From positions 224,001 through 288,000 of the forward strand of contig CAVQBA010000006.1 of assembly GCA_963710605.1 (NCBI GenBank): a stretch of 64,000 nt of DNA, written 5' to 3'. The notes below the pieces were generated by a model, which saw nothing but the letters and a program-made list of their open reading frames with translations, was not told where the DNA came from and did not search any database. This document shows positions 21,517 to 32,589 of this stretch, piece by piece. The first letter of the stretch is position 1, and every line of letters starts with the position of its first letter. Source of the stretch: an uncultured cyanobacterium. Its GTDB lineage: Bacteria; Cyanobacteriota; Cyanobacteriia; Cyanobacteriales; Cyanobacteriaceae. A program made the position numbers and the translations under genes.

Positions 21517-23217
21517 ATGCTCAGACTAGAACATATCAGTAAAATATATCCCACAGGCGAAATTCTCAAAGATGTAAACTGGGAGGTAAACCCAGGAGAA
21601 AGAGTGGGATTAGTTGGGGTGAATGGAGCGGGAAAATCCACCCAAATGAAAATTGTTACGGGCGAAATTGAACCTACCGCAGGAGAAATAATCCGTCCTG
21701 CAAGTCTGCATATTGCTTATCTTACTCAAGAATTTGAAGTTGAACCGACTCGTACTTTAAGAGAAGAATTTTGGACTGTATTTACTGAAGCCAATGATGT
21801 ACAAAAAGCTTTAACTCAAGTTGAGTTAGATATGGGAGTAGCTAACCCTGATGAATTGGATAGATTAATTCACAAACTAGATAAATTACAACGTAAATTT
21901 GAAGGTTTAGATGGTTATGGTTTAGAAGCTCAAATCGAGAAAATCATCCCTGAAATGGGTTTTAATATTGAAGATGGCGATCGTTTAGTTAGCTCTTTTA
22001 GTGGCGGTTGGCAGATGCGTATCAGTTTGGGTAAAATCCTCTTGCAAAATCCCGATATCTTGCTGTTAGATGAACCAACTAACCATTTAGACTTAGAAAC
22101 GATTGAATGGCTGGAAAACTACCTCAGAAGCCTGAAAACACCGATGGTGATAATTTCTCATGATAGAGAATTTCTCGATCGTCTTTGTACTAAAATTGTG
22201 GAAACCGAAAGAGGTGTATCGACAACTTATTTAGGTAACTATTCTGCTTATTTACAACAAAAAGAAGAAGCCAAAATTGCTCAACAATCAGCTTATGAGC
22301 GTCAGAAGAAAGAAATAGAAAAACAACAAGTATTTGTCGAACGTTTCCGTGCATCTGCTACCCGTAGCACCCAAGCCAAAAGTAGAGAAAAGCAACTCGA
22401 TAAAATAGAACGTATCGACGCACCTACATCCAATCTACGTGGTTTACATTTTCGTTTCCCTGATGCCCCTCGTAGCGGTCAGGAAGTTGTGAGAGTTGAA
22501 GATTTAGTGCATACTTATAATGAAAATATTCTGTTTTTAGGAGCAGAATTATTAGTTGAAAGAGGCGATCGCATTGCCTTTTTAGGACCTAATGGTTGCG
22601 GTAAATCGACCCTTTTACGCATGATTATGGGGAAAGAAAAACCCGATGAAGGTATTGCCGAATTAGGAAAGCATAATATTATTTCTGGTTATTTTGAACA
22701 AAATCAAGCCGAAGCCTTGATATTAGAAAAAACTGTCATGGAAACAATTCATGATGAAGTGCCTGAATGGAAAAATGGCGAAGTTCGTAGTTTGTTAGGT
22801 AGTTTTTTGTTTAGTGGCGAAACAGTATTTAAACAAGTAAAAGCCCTTAGTGGAGGCGAAAAAGCACGTCTTGCTTTAGCAAAAATGCTCTTATCTCCAG
22901 CGAATTTACTTATTTTGGATGAGCCTACTAACCATTTGGATATTCCTGCTAAACAGATGTTAGAAGAGGCAATTCAAAACTATGAAGGTACGGTGATGGT
23001 TATATCTCACGATTGTTATTTTATCTCTCAAGTAGCTAACAAAATTGTCGAAATTCGTGACGGTGAGTTGCTCGTTTACAACGGAGACTATCAGTATTAT
23101 CTAAGCAAACTTGAAGAAGAAAAACAAAAAGAGCGTCGTCGTATAGAAACTGAAAAACAAGCGGCGAAAAAAGCTAGTAAAAACAACAAAAAGAAAAAAC
23201 AAACAACCAAGGCTTAA
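21517..23217 (+). CDS. ABC-F family ATPase
   Basis: Two NBDs (GVNGAGKST, GPNGCGKST; LLDEPTNHLD twice), no TM domain. Confidence 0.95.
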   Translation: MLRLEHISKIYPTGEILKDVNWEVNPGERVGLVGVNGAGKSTQMKIVTGEIEPTAGEIIRPASLHIAYLTQEFEVEPTRTLREEFWTVFTEANDVQKALTQVELDMGVANPDELDRLIHKLDKLQRKFEGLDGYGLEAQIEKIIPEMGFNIEDGDRLVSSFSGGWQMRISLGKILLQNPDILLLDEPTNHLDLETIEWLENYLRSLKTPMVIISHDREFLDRLCTKIVETERGVSTTYLGNYSAYLQQKEEAKIAQQSAYERQKKEIEKQQVFVERFRASATRSTQAKSREKQLDKIERIDAPTSNLRGLHFRFPDAPRSGQEVVRVEDLVHTYNENILFLGAELLVERGDRIAFLGPNGCGKSTLLRMIMGKEKPDEGIAELGKHNIISGYFEQNQAEALILEKTVMETIHDEVPEWKNGEVRSLLGSFLFSGETVFKQVKALSGGEKARLALAKMLLSPANLLILDEPTNHLDIPAKQMLEEAIQNYEGTVMVISHDCYFISQVANKIVEIRDGELLVYNGDYQYYLSKLEEEKQKERRRIETEKQAAKKASKNNKKKKQTTKA

Positions 23218-23305
23218 ATATGGTTAGTTAATTGATTGCCCCTTTCTAAAGAGGACTTTGTCTTCGTAAATGTAAGACCTAATGTAGGGTGGGTAAAATA
23301 TGAAT

Positions 23306-23620
23306 ATCAAACCCACCTTGAAGTTAACTTCAAGGCTAATAGAATTCGTTTAATAAATTAAACTTTATCTGAATGGTGTTAGTTCATTAAAATGAACGAT
23401 CGTTTTTAGCCTTGTCAATTTATTGCAAGGCTTCTCACAGATTAATTAATAACTACCAAATATAATGTTTTTACTTTATTTTTCGTAATAAATTAAACCC
23501 TAATTTTTGAGAAAAATTTTAGTATCAAACCCACCTTGAATTGCCACCTCTTCGCTAACAGAATCCGTTTAATAAATTAAACTTTATCTGAATGGTGTTA
23601 GTTCATTTCAATGAACAATT
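23306..23620. repeat. Two imperfect direct copies (~23306-23405, ~23525-23620) of a dispersed palindromic repeat; relatives at ~38875-38980 and ~55120-55310
   Basis: tatcaaacccaccttgaa...gtttaataaattaaactttatctgaatggtgttagttcatt twice; shared ccttg(N10-11)caaggc hairpin. Confidence 0.75.
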
Positions 23621-25666
23621 GTTTTTCCCGATAAGTATTACCGCGATTGTAATAAGCATCAGCATCATTAGGATCGAGTTCAATTGCTTTACTGTAATCG
23701 GCGATCGCTTGTGAATATTTTTTTAAGCTCCGATAAGTATTACCACGATTGTAATAAGCCCAAGTATAATTGGGATCGAGTTCAATTGCTTTAGTGTAAT
23801 CGGCGATCGCTTGTGAATATTTTCTAAGCTCCGATAAGTATTACCACGATTGTAATAAACATCGGCATGATTAGGATCGAGTTCAATCGATTTACTATAA
23901 TCGGCGATAGCCTGTGAATATTTTTTTAAGTCATCATAAGCAACACCACGACTGTTGTAGGCATCAGTATAATTAGGAGCGAGTTCAATCGCTTTACTGT
24001 AGTCGGCGATCGCTTGTGGATATTTTTTGAGGTTTTTGTAAGTAATACCACGATTACGGTAAGCATCGGCATGATTAGGAGCGAGTTTAATTGCTTTACT
24101 ATAATCAGCCATAGCTTGTGAATACTTTTTGAGGTTATTGTAAGTTACACCACGATTATTGTAAGCATTAGCATAATTGGGATCGATTTCAATCGCTTTA
24201 TTATAATCAGCGATAGCTTGTGAATGTTTTTTTAAGTTATCATAAGTAATACCACGACTGTTGTAAGCATTAGCATAATTGGGATCGAGTTTAATTGCTT
24301 TATTATAATCAGCGATAGCTTGTGAATGTTTTTTTAAGTCATCATAAGTAATACCACGATTATTGTAAGCTTTAGTATAATTGGGATCGAGTTCAATCGC
24401 TTTATTATAATCAGCGATCGCCCGTGAATATTGTTTTAAGTCATCATAAGTAATACCACGACTGTTGTAAGCATTAGCATAATTGGGATCGAGTTCAATC
24501 GCTTTATTGTAGTCAGCCATCGCTTGTGGATATTTTTTTAAGTCTCGATAAGTATTACCACGATTATGGTAAGCATAAGTATGATTAGAATCGAGTTCAA
24601 TCGCTTTATTATAGTCCGCAAGCGCTTGTGTATATTTTTTAAGCTCATCGTAAGCAATACCACGATTGTTGTAAGCTTCAGTAAAATTGGGATCGAGTTC
24701 AATCGCTTTACTATAGTCAGCGATCGCTTCTGTATATTTTTCTAAGTCAGAGTAAGCATTACCACGATTTTTGTAAGGGTTAGCATCGTTAGGATTAAGC
24801 TCAATTGCCTTAAAATATTTTCTTAGTTTTCTGTGAGCATCAGTATTATTAGTATTGGTTACAATATTTTCTTCACTTTCTTCTGGTTGATTATTAATTT
24901 CAATAGGTTTAACAACAGGCGAATTATTAGGTTGTAGTGTATTTGTGGCTATCTCGACTGGATTTTGTTCTGTCCAACTAAGATAAAGATAAATAGGAAT
25001 ACTTAAAAAATCTCTCACCGCAACGGTCGGATCTTTGATAACATGACCATTGATACCGACTAATTGTCCTTTGTTATTTAATACCGCCCCGCCACTCATC
25101 CCCGGAATTGTTTCTGCTTTATGGGAAATCTGATAACCTTCTCTGGCTGTATTACTAATACCATTAATATCGCCCTGGTTAAATAGATAACGTCGTTGAG
25201 CATCTAACTTACTGTTACCACCAAACCCTGACGCATAAATAGTTTGCCCTTGACTTAATTTAGCTGAATTTCCTAATTTAGCTACTTGATATTTTTTATT
25301 AGTTTGAAATTTTATTTGAGCTAAATCGAGGTTATTGTCTTCTGTATAGCGACTAATTTGATTGGAGGAAATAGTATAAGTATCTTCTTGATTATCTTGA
25401 TAAATAGTGATTTTATAATCACCATCGTTTTCTACTACATGATGATTTGTCACGATAGTATAAATATTACCATCACGATCGATTAACACTCCCGAACCTT
25501 GACCTGCACCTTCAATCTTGACTGTAATGTTTTGGGCGACTTGAGCGATTTTAGTTGAATGCAGAGGGAAGCCTAATCGTGCGTATAAATGAGGTTGCCC
25601 AAATATTATTAAGATTATAGTCGCTACCATCAAAATAGCAGTAATAACGATCGATCGTTTTTTCAT
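23598..25666 (-). CDS. Trypsin-like serine protease with TPR array; single-base frameshift near 23822
   Basis: TNHHVV, DLA, PGMSGG catalytic motifs; 102-bp TPR units; restoring one A in the run at ~23820-23823 adds two more TPRs ending at TAA 23600-23598. Confidence 0.85.
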
Positions 25667-25862
25667 GGGGATAGTCAATAGTTCAAACTTATACTAATTT
25701 ATCCTCCCCCTTTATAAAGGGGGATAGAGGGGGATCGAGATTTAGGGAGCTTGTTCTGTTTTTTTTTGTATTATTTCAATAATTATAGATCGAAGGGCAA
25801 GGGGAAATTTAAAATTAATACAATCATTTCAATTAAGTTTCAAAGCATATATAAAATGTCTG

Positions 25863-25891
25863 GTAGGGACGTAGCACTGCTACGTCCCTAC
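25863..25891. repeat. GTAG-footed REP-like palindrome; relatives at 7803, 15143-15165, 18508-18530
   Basis: gtagggacgtagca-c-tgctacgtccctac, perfect 14-bp arms. Confidence 0.7.
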
Positions 25892-26009
25892 ACCAATACC
25901 GTAACACAGAAAAAATTACGATCGTGATTCTTTCATTTTGCTTCATTTCTTGATTGAATATTAAATAGTAATGAGTCATCATTGTTTAATAAATCGATCG
26001 AGTTAATTA

Positions 26010-26591
26010 ATGAAAAAACTAGTTGTAGCTACTGGTAATTCGGGTAAAGTGAAAGAAATGCGAAAATATCTCCAAGAATTCGCTATCGAATTAGTTCCAA
26101 AACCTCAAGAAATCGAGATCGAAGAGACAGGAGATACCTTCATCGCTAATGCTATCCTCAAGGCAACACAAACAGCTAAGGCAATGCAAGAATGGTCGAT
26201 CGCTGATGATTCTGGTTTGATGGTAACTGCTTTGAATGGACAACCGGGGATTTATTCTGCTAGATACGGAAAAACAGATCACGATCGTATCGAGCGTTTA
26301 TTGACCGAATTAGGAGATAATCAAAATCGTCAAGCTCAATTTGTCTGTGCGATCGCTATTTCCAATCCTCAAGGAGAAACTGTGATTCAAACAGAAGGTA
26401 TCTGTCAAGGACAAATACTAAAACAAGTATCAGGAGAAGGCGGTTTTGGTTACGATCCTATTTTCTATGTTCCTTCAGCACAGCAGACTTTTGCTCAAAT
26501 GTCAACTGAAGTAAAGAAAAATTATTCTCATCGTGGTCTTGCTTTTGCTAATCTTGAACCATTATTAAAATCATTGTTAAATAAAAATTAA
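26010..26591 (+). CDS. rdgB: Non-canonical purine NTP pyrophosphatase (HAM1 family)
   Basis: ATGNSGK, ADDSGL, PGIYSARY, GFGYDPIF, SHRG. Confidence 0.95.
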   Translation: MKKLVVATGNSGKVKEMRKYLQEFAIELVPKPQEIEIEETGDTFIANAILKATQTAKAMQEWSIADDSGLMVTALNGQPGIYSARYGKTDHDRIERLLTELGDNQNRQAQFVCAIAISNPQGETVIQTEGICQGQILKQVSGEGGFGYDPIFYVPSAQQTFAQMSTEVKKNYSHRGLAFANLEPLLKSLLNKN

Positions 26592-26599
26592 TCACAAAA

Positions 26600-27496
26600 A
26601 TGAGCGAACAAGAAGTAATCGGTGTCGATTTAGGTGGTACTGCAATCAAACTAGGACGGTTTAGAAAAGATGGTACTTGTGTAGAACATATTTCTATTGC
26701 TACTCCTCAACCTGCGACTCCTAGTGCTGTCATTGAAGCGATCGCATTAACTGTAAATCTATTAAATACCGCCAAGAATGCAGTAGCTATTGGTATGGGC
26801 GTACCTGGTCCTACAGACGCTGAAGGTAGAGTTGCTTTAGTGGCGATTAATCTTTTTGGCTGGCACAACGTACAGGTTGCTGATGAATTAGAAGCCCAAA
26901 CTGGTTTACCGACTATTCTTGCTAATGATGCCAATTGTGCAGGTTTAGGTGAATATTGGTTAGGTGCAGGTAAAGACTATCAAAATTTGATTTTACTAAC
27001 TTTGGGTACAGGTGTTGGTGGTGCGGTAGTATTAGACGGCAAGTTATTTACAGGGCGTTTAGGCTCTGCTGGTGAATTAGGGCTAATTACACTTAATCCT
27101 GATGGTCCTCCTTGTAATAGCGGCAATAACGGCTCTTTAGAACAATATGTATCGGCTACGGCTATCAGGAGAGATACAGGTAAAGCCCCTGCGGAATTAG
27201 GTAAACTAGCTTTACAAAATGATCCTTTTGCTTTGACATTTTGGATCGATTATGGTAAAAAATTAGCGGCTGGAATTGCTAGTTTAGTTTATATTTTTAC
27301 CCCCGAAGTAGTTGTCATCGGTGGTGGTGTTTGTGCTAGTGCGAGATACTTTTTTCCCGCATTAGAAGCAGAAGTTAATCGTCGAGTTTTAGAGACTTCT
27401 CGTGCTGATATGAAGTTAATTGTTGCCGAGTTAGGTAATAATGCAGGTATGGTGGGGGCGGCGAAGTTAGCTTGGGAAGCGGTTTCGAGAATTTAA
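26600..27496 (+). CDS. ROK-family sugar kinase
   Basis: GVDLGGT, NDANCA, TLGTGVGG, CNSGNNGSLE. Confidence 0.9.
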   Translation: MSEQEVIGVDLGGTAIKLGRFRKDGTCVEHISIATPQPATPSAVIEAIALTVNLLNTAKNAVAIGMGVPGPTDAEGRVALVAINLFGWHNVQVADELEAQTGLPTILANDANCAGLGEYWLGAGKDYQNLILLTLGTGVGGAVVLDGKLFTGRLGSAGELGLITLNPDGPPCNSGNNGSLEQYVSATAIRRDTGKAPAELGKLALQNDPFALTFWIDYGKKLAAGIASLVYIFTPEVVVIGGGVCASARYFFPALEAEVNRRVLETSRADMKLIVAELGNNAGMVGAAKLAWEAVSRI

Positions 27497-27693
27497 AACT
27501 AATTTTAGTTAACAGTTAAGAGTTAATTACCAAAAAATCAAGGGTTTAAAGCCCCGAATCTCCCCCCTTACAAAGGGGAGGGGCTGTCATCTGAATTTAC
27601 GTGACTATGAATGTCAACGCCCCGTAGGGATGGGGGGGATACTCCATTGATAGGCGTATTGGATTTTAATGGTAGTTCAAGCTATTTTTAAAA

Positions 27694-28056
27694 TTACCTT
27701 TGCCCCTTGCCCTTTGCCCTTTGCCCTTTTGACCAGATTTGTTTGTTTCCTTGTCCCCAGAAACGATCGTATTTGGTTACTTTAATATCTCCTAAAACTT
27801 TAGTTTGACAAGCTAGGCGTAAATCACGCTCTTTATCGTGAGGTGGTAATGAGCGTCTGGCTTTGTCTTTCCAATTTACTTGACTAACTTCTCCTTCAAT
27901 TTTAACTGCACAAGTACCACAAGTACCTAACGATCGACAATTAATTATTTTGGCTTGACCATTATATAAATCAATGTCACTGGCTAACAATACTTGACGT
28001 AAGTTCGCTCCCTTCGCACAGTTGATTATTTTTCCCTGAGCTTTGATTATCGGCAT
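27694..28056 (-). CDS. 2Fe-2S ferredoxin-like protein
   Basis: NCRSLGTCGTC...RLACQ; C-tail encoded by a heptamer repeat. Confidence 0.88.
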   Translation of the reverse strand: MPIIKAQGKIINCAKGANLRQVLLASDIDLYNGQAKIINCRSLGTCGTCAVKIEGEVSQVNWKDKARRSLPPHDKERDLRLACQTKVLGDIKVTKYDRFWGQGNKQIWSKGQRAKGKGQR

Positions 28057-28213
28057 TTTTCATCTATTTTCGTGCGTTTAAGACAGAGCTTATATCCCCA
28101 TTTTTTCGGTCAGGGGAATAAAACCTAATTATATAACAAATAATTAAGTAGTTTTGAGATTGATAAATTCAACTAAAACCTACGTCCTTTACCCTAAACT
28201 AGGAAAAAGAAAA

Positions 28214-28284
28214 AGGCGACACCCAGATTCGAACTGGGGATAGAGGTTTTGCAGACCTCGGCCTTACCACTTGGCGATGTCGCC
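28214..28284 (-). tRNA. trnC: tRNA-Cys(GCA), CCA not encoded
   Basis: GGCGACA-TCGCCAAGTGGTAAGGC-CGAGGTCTGCAAAACCTC-TATC-CCCAGTTCGAATCTGGG-TGTCGCC-T. Confidence 0.97.
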
Positions 28285-28336
28285 GCTTTTTAATACTTTG
28301 CTAGTATAACAAATATTTGAGTATTTAACAAGAAAA

Positions 28337-28810
28337 ATGGGTTTAGAAATAGAACGCAAATTTTTGGTCAACCACGATCGATGGCTTCCACCAGATCAAG
28401 GTATAATTTATCGTCAAGGTTATATCTATACTCATAACGGTAATACAGTCAGGATTAGGGTAGCTGACAGTGAAGGTTATTTGACTTTGAAAAGTAAAAC
28501 TAAAGGGTGTAGTCGTGCGGAGTTTGAATACTCAATACCGTTAACCGAAGCTGAAGAAATGTTGAACTTATTATGCGATCGACCTTTAATCGAAAAAATT
28601 AGATATAAAGTAACGATTGAGGGTTTTTTATGGGAAGTAGATCAGTTTTTAGGCGAAAACAAAGGTTTAATTTTAGCCGAAATTGAGTTAGAGAATGAAG
28701 CCCAAAATTTTACTTTACCAGAATGGATAGATAAAGAAGTAACTCATGATAAACGCTACTATAATTCTTATCTGGCTAAACATCCCTATCAGTCAATTGT
28801 TAATAATTAA
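28337..28810 (+). CDS. CYTH-domain protein
   Basis: EIERKFLV, RQGY, RIR, EFEY, WEVD, LAEIEL. Confidence 0.92.
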   Translation: MGLEIERKFLVNHDRWLPPDQGIIYRQGYIYTHNGNTVRIRVADSEGYLTLKSKTKGCSRAEFEYSIPLTEAEEMLNLLCDRPLIEKIRYKVTIEGFLWEVDQFLGENKGLILAEIELENEAQNFTLPEWIDKEVTHDKRYYNSYLAKHPYQSIVNN

Positions 28811-29073
28811 TTAAGAGTAAAATTAATTGTAAAAATAAACGATCGTCTTGACTAAATTATTCTGTAAAATTTACTTATAATTTAATTAAGCTACTTTGAA
28901 ATAATCAATAAACAAAAAAAAAACTCTTATTAATGGATATACAATTTGGCAGATGACATATTATCTTAGAATGCTACAATATTGATAAAAATCATAAATT
29001 AGATTTGAATTAAAGTCTTGAGATTATAACTACAAACTAGCAATTATTTATTATCAGTTATCAATAATTATTT

Positions 29074-31575
29074 ATGGTATTTAACCCCTTTAAAAAGACT
29101 TCCTGGAAGACAAACATAAGACTATTGTTAGTATTACCATTCGTTTGTCAAATTTTAGCTGGTTTAGGAATATTTGGTTATTTATCATATCGTAATAGTC
29201 AGAAAGCCTTAGAAGAAATAACGGTAAAACTAAGACAAGACATGGCAATCAGAATTGATAACCAAGTCGAGAGATTAGTAGAAAATGGTAATAATTTAAA
29301 TCAAATTAATGAAAATCAGCTTATTTTAGATCCTTCATTAATAAAAAATACTAGTCAATTAGCCCGTTATTTTGCTTTACAATATCAATGGACTGAATAT
29401 ATCAATTTGATTGGCTTTGTTAGTCAAAAAGAAGGAAACTATATAGAAGTAAGAAAACAATCTACAGGAGAATTAGAGTTAACAATTCTCGAAAAAAATA
29501 AATCTAATGCTTTATTAACTTATCAAGTTAATTCTCAAGGAGATATTATTAAACTTTTGCGTAGTCAACCAAACTTTGATTTTAATCCTCGTCAAGAATC
29601 ATGGTATCAAAACACTTTAGCCAATAAACAAGAATATTGGCATCAAACGCAAAAAAATAGTACAACAGACAAACTAGTTTTTGTTAATAGCAAACAAGTT
29701 TATAACTCACAAGGTGAATTATTAGGAATCGTTACTAATCAAATAGATTTAATTGAATTAAGTTTCTTTTTGAGCAGTTTAAAAATAGGTAAAACTGGAT
29801 CAGCTTTTATTATTGATAAGCAAGGAAAATTAATAGCTGATTCTATAACTATGAAAAGAAGCGATGCTATTTACAACGAAAAGCTTTTATTAAATCCAGC
29901 AACTAATCATCCTGATCAATATATTAAAGGAATTACTAGTTATATTTTTAAAAATCAATCTAATTTAAATAGCTATAATCAATCTCAGTTTACATCAATA
30001 AAAGTAAATAAAAAAAATCTTTTAATCGATGTAAATAATTTTGATAAAAGTAATAGTATAGAATGGTTGATTGTTTTAGTAATTCCTAAATCTGATTTTA
30101 TGGACTTTATTGGTAAAAATAATCGAGTTACATTCATGCTCTTATTTTTAGCTTTAATTATTGCAATTATCAGTGGGTTAGTTACATCTAAATTAATTGT
30201 TCGTCCAATTATTAATTTACAAGACGCATCACAGAAGATTGCACAAGGAGATTTTAATCAAAATATATCTTTACAAGGAATAAAAGAATTAGATACATTA
30301 GCAAATTCTTTTAATTATATGACACAAATGTTAGATTCTTTTTTTAATGATTTAAATAAGTCTTTAAAAAAGGTTTCTAATCTCAAATATGCGATCGATC
30401 AATCAGCAATTGTAACTGTCACAGATACAGAAGGAAAAATAATTTATTGTAATGATAAATTAACTGAAATATCAGGTTATACCCCTCAAGAATTAATTGG
30501 CAAAACAACTAGTATTTTAAAATCGGGATATCATCGAGATACCTTTTATAAAAGAATATGGGTTCAAATATCTGAACAAAAAGTATGGCGAGGAGAAATT
30601 AAAAATAAAACTAAAGATGACTGTTATTATTGGGTTGACACAACGATCGTACCTTTAAGTAACGAAGAAGGTAAACTAGTTCAATATTTATCAATTCAAA
30701 CTGAAATAACAGAAAGAAAACAGTTAGAAAAAAACTTAGAAGAAGTAGTTGATATTCGTACTCAAGAATTAGCAAATGCTAACGAAGAAATTACGCTTTT
30801 AAATCAGCGTTTATGTACCGAAAATATCCAGATGAGTGGTAAACTAAGAATGCTCCACGAAATGCAACAATTAATCTTACCAACTACTGAAGAATTAAAG
30901 AATATAGAACATTTAGATATAGCAGGTTATATGGAACCAGCTGATGAATTAGGCGGGGATTATTACGATGTTTTAACAGGAGATAATACAGTTACAATTG
31001 GAATTGGAGATGTAACAGGGCATGGGTTAGAAAGTGGTATTCTAATGGTGATGACACAAGCGGCAATTTGTACTTTAAAACAACTTGGAGAAACTAATCC
31101 GCTCAAATTTTTAGATATTTTAAATCGGACTATTTACTATAACGTTAAAAGGATGAATTCGGAAAAGAATCTTTCTTTAGCAATTATTAATTATTTTAAT
31201 GGTACTGTCTGTATTAGTGGGCAACATGAAGAAGTTATTATAGTCCGTAAAAAAGAATGTAAAGTAGAAATAATTGATACGATCGATTTAGGTTTACCAA
31301 TCGGTATTGATGAAGATATTCGTCCTTATATTGATCATACTATTATTACTTTAAATCAAGGTGACGGTATTGTACTTTATACAGATGGTATTACTGAAGC
31401 TAGAAATATGGAAAAAGATCAATACGGTATTGAGCGTTTATGCAAAGTAGTTAGTCAACACTGGCATCTTAATAGCGAAGAAATTAGAGATATTGTTATT
31501 AATGATGTTAAAAAATTTATTGGTTTACAAAAAATAGAAGATGACCTTACTTTATTATTATTAAAACAACTCTAA
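29074..31575 (+). CDS. Cache-HAMP-PAS-SpoIIE (PP2C) sensor phosphatase
   Basis: Two TMs, HAMP, PAS/PAC (WRGEIKNKTKD), GGDYYD, GDVTGHG, LYTDGITE, DDLTL. Confidence 0.9.
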   Translation: MVFNPFKKTSWKTNIRLLLVLPFVCQILAGLGIFGYLSYRNSQKALEEITVKLRQDMAIRIDNQVERLVENGNNLNQINENQLILDPSLIKNTSQLARYFALQYQWTEYINLIGFVSQKEGNYIEVRKQSTGELELTILEKNKSNALLTYQVNSQGDIIKLLRSQPNFDFNPRQESWYQNTLANKQEYWHQTQKNSTTDKLVFVNSKQVYNSQGELLGIVTNQIDLIELSFFLSSLKIGKTGSAFIIDKQGKLIADSITMKRSDAIYNEKLLLNPATNHPDQYIKGITSYIFKNQSNLNSYNQSQFTSIKVNKKNLLIDVNNFDKSNSIEWLIVLVIPKSDFMDFIGKNNRVTFMLLFLALIIAIISGLVTSKLIVRPIINLQDASQKIAQGDFNQNISLQGIKELDTLANSFNYMTQMLDSFFNDLNKSLKKVSNLKYAIDQSAIVTVTDTEGKIIYCNDKLTEISGYTPQELIGKTTSILKSGYHRDTFYKRIWVQISEQKVWRGEIKNKTKDDCYYWVDTTIVPLSNEEGKLVQYLSIQTEITERKQLEKNLEEVVDIRTQELANANEEITLLNQRLCTENIQMSGKLRMLHEMQQLILPTTEELKNIEHLDIAGYMEPADELGGDYYDVLTGDNTVTIGIGDVTGHGLESGILMVMTQAAICTLKQLGETNPLKFLDILNRTIYYNVKRMNSEKNLSLAIINYFNGTVCISGQHEEVIIVRKKECKVEIIDTIDLGLPIGIDEDIRPYIDHTIITLNQGDGIVLYTDGITEARNMEKDQYGIERLCKVVSQHWHLNSEEIRDIVINDVKKFIGLQKIEDDLTLLLLKQL

Positions 31576-31788
31576 ATAGTTAAAAGTTAAAAGTTAAAAG
31601 TTAAGAGTTAAGAGTTATTTTTTAAACAATTAGCTATTCTTTATTACTTCTTACATCTTATCCCTTCCAAATTCCGAATTCCGAATTCCGAATTCAAACA
31701 ACCTAGTTTTTTTGTTCTAGACTAGATAATGTGATGATATTATGATTATAATTAAAATTATTTTATGTTCATATATTAAGAAATATTA

Positions 31789-32478
31789 ATGCAGACGTTA
31801 AGTAACCTAATAAGTACCCGTATTAATCCTAATATCTCATCTCCTTTGAAAATTATTGCTATCGGTGATAGCTTAGTTTATGGGTATGGAGATACCGAAG
31901 CAGGAGGTTGGGTAGAAAGGTTAAGACTTAACTTAATGAATAATGAATCAGGTCATGTATTGTATAACTTAGGGATAAGAGGCGATCGAACTCAACAAGT
32001 AAGTAAAAGATTAAGCGATGAATTTAACCATCGTGGCGAAATCAGAAATAAATATCCCGATTTGATTATTATGTCCATAGGCGTTAACGATACACCCCGT
32101 TTAGGACATTTACAAGGAAGAAACCTCACCGATTATCAAGAATTTACTCGACAAATTAATAACTTACTAAATCAAGCACAAAAACTAGCACCAGTTTTAT
32201 TTATCGGCATGATACCAGTAGATGAGACTAAAATGCCATTTCTTGATTGTATGTATTTTAATCGTCGAGATCAATATCATTACAAAGAAGTTACTAAAAA
32301 TGCTTGTCAAGTTCTAGATATTCCTTATTTGGATATATTTGATTTATGGATGAGTCGAGGCGAAAACTGGTACAAATCGCAAATATCTGCCGATGGATTG
32401 CACCCAAATGCTGAAGGATATGCTAATTTATACCAAGAGATTAGTAATTGGCAGTTTCTGCGTAAAATTATTGATTAA
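31789..32478 (+). CDS. GDSL/SGNH hydrolase
   Basis: GDSLVYG, GVND, DGLHPN. Confidence 0.92.
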   Translation: MQTLSNLISTRINPNISSPLKIIAIGDSLVYGYGDTEAGGWVERLRLNLMNNESGHVLYNLGIRGDRTQQVSKRLSDEFNHRGEIRNKYPDLIIMSIGVNDTPRLGHLQGRNLTDYQEFTRQINNLLNQAQKLAPVLFIGMIPVDETKMPFLDCMYFNRRDQYHYKEVTKNACQVLDIPYLDIFDLWMSRGENWYKSQISADGLHPNAEGYANLYQEISNWQFLRKIID

Positions 32479-32589
32479 TTGCTTAAAAAACAAGCACAAT
32501 TAAAATAACTATGATACTATCTGAAATTAAGTTAAGTAAAAATAGGTAAAGAATCTTAAAATAATTGTGTAGGGGAATATTCACTATTT

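Noticed and set aside
23630-24790. Diversity-generating retroelement template/variable repeats
   Set aside because: Ordinary 102-bp TPR coding repeats; no RT or accessory gene in the window.
25702-25737. CCCCC..GGGGG hairpins (also 36246-36278, 37517-37549) as novel RNAs
   Set aside because: Common cyanobacterial intergenic palindromic repeat; nothing locus-specific.
28214-28284. tRNA-Cys as an island integration site
   Set aside because: Flanked by ordinary genes; no integrase or duplicated tRNA 3' end seen.
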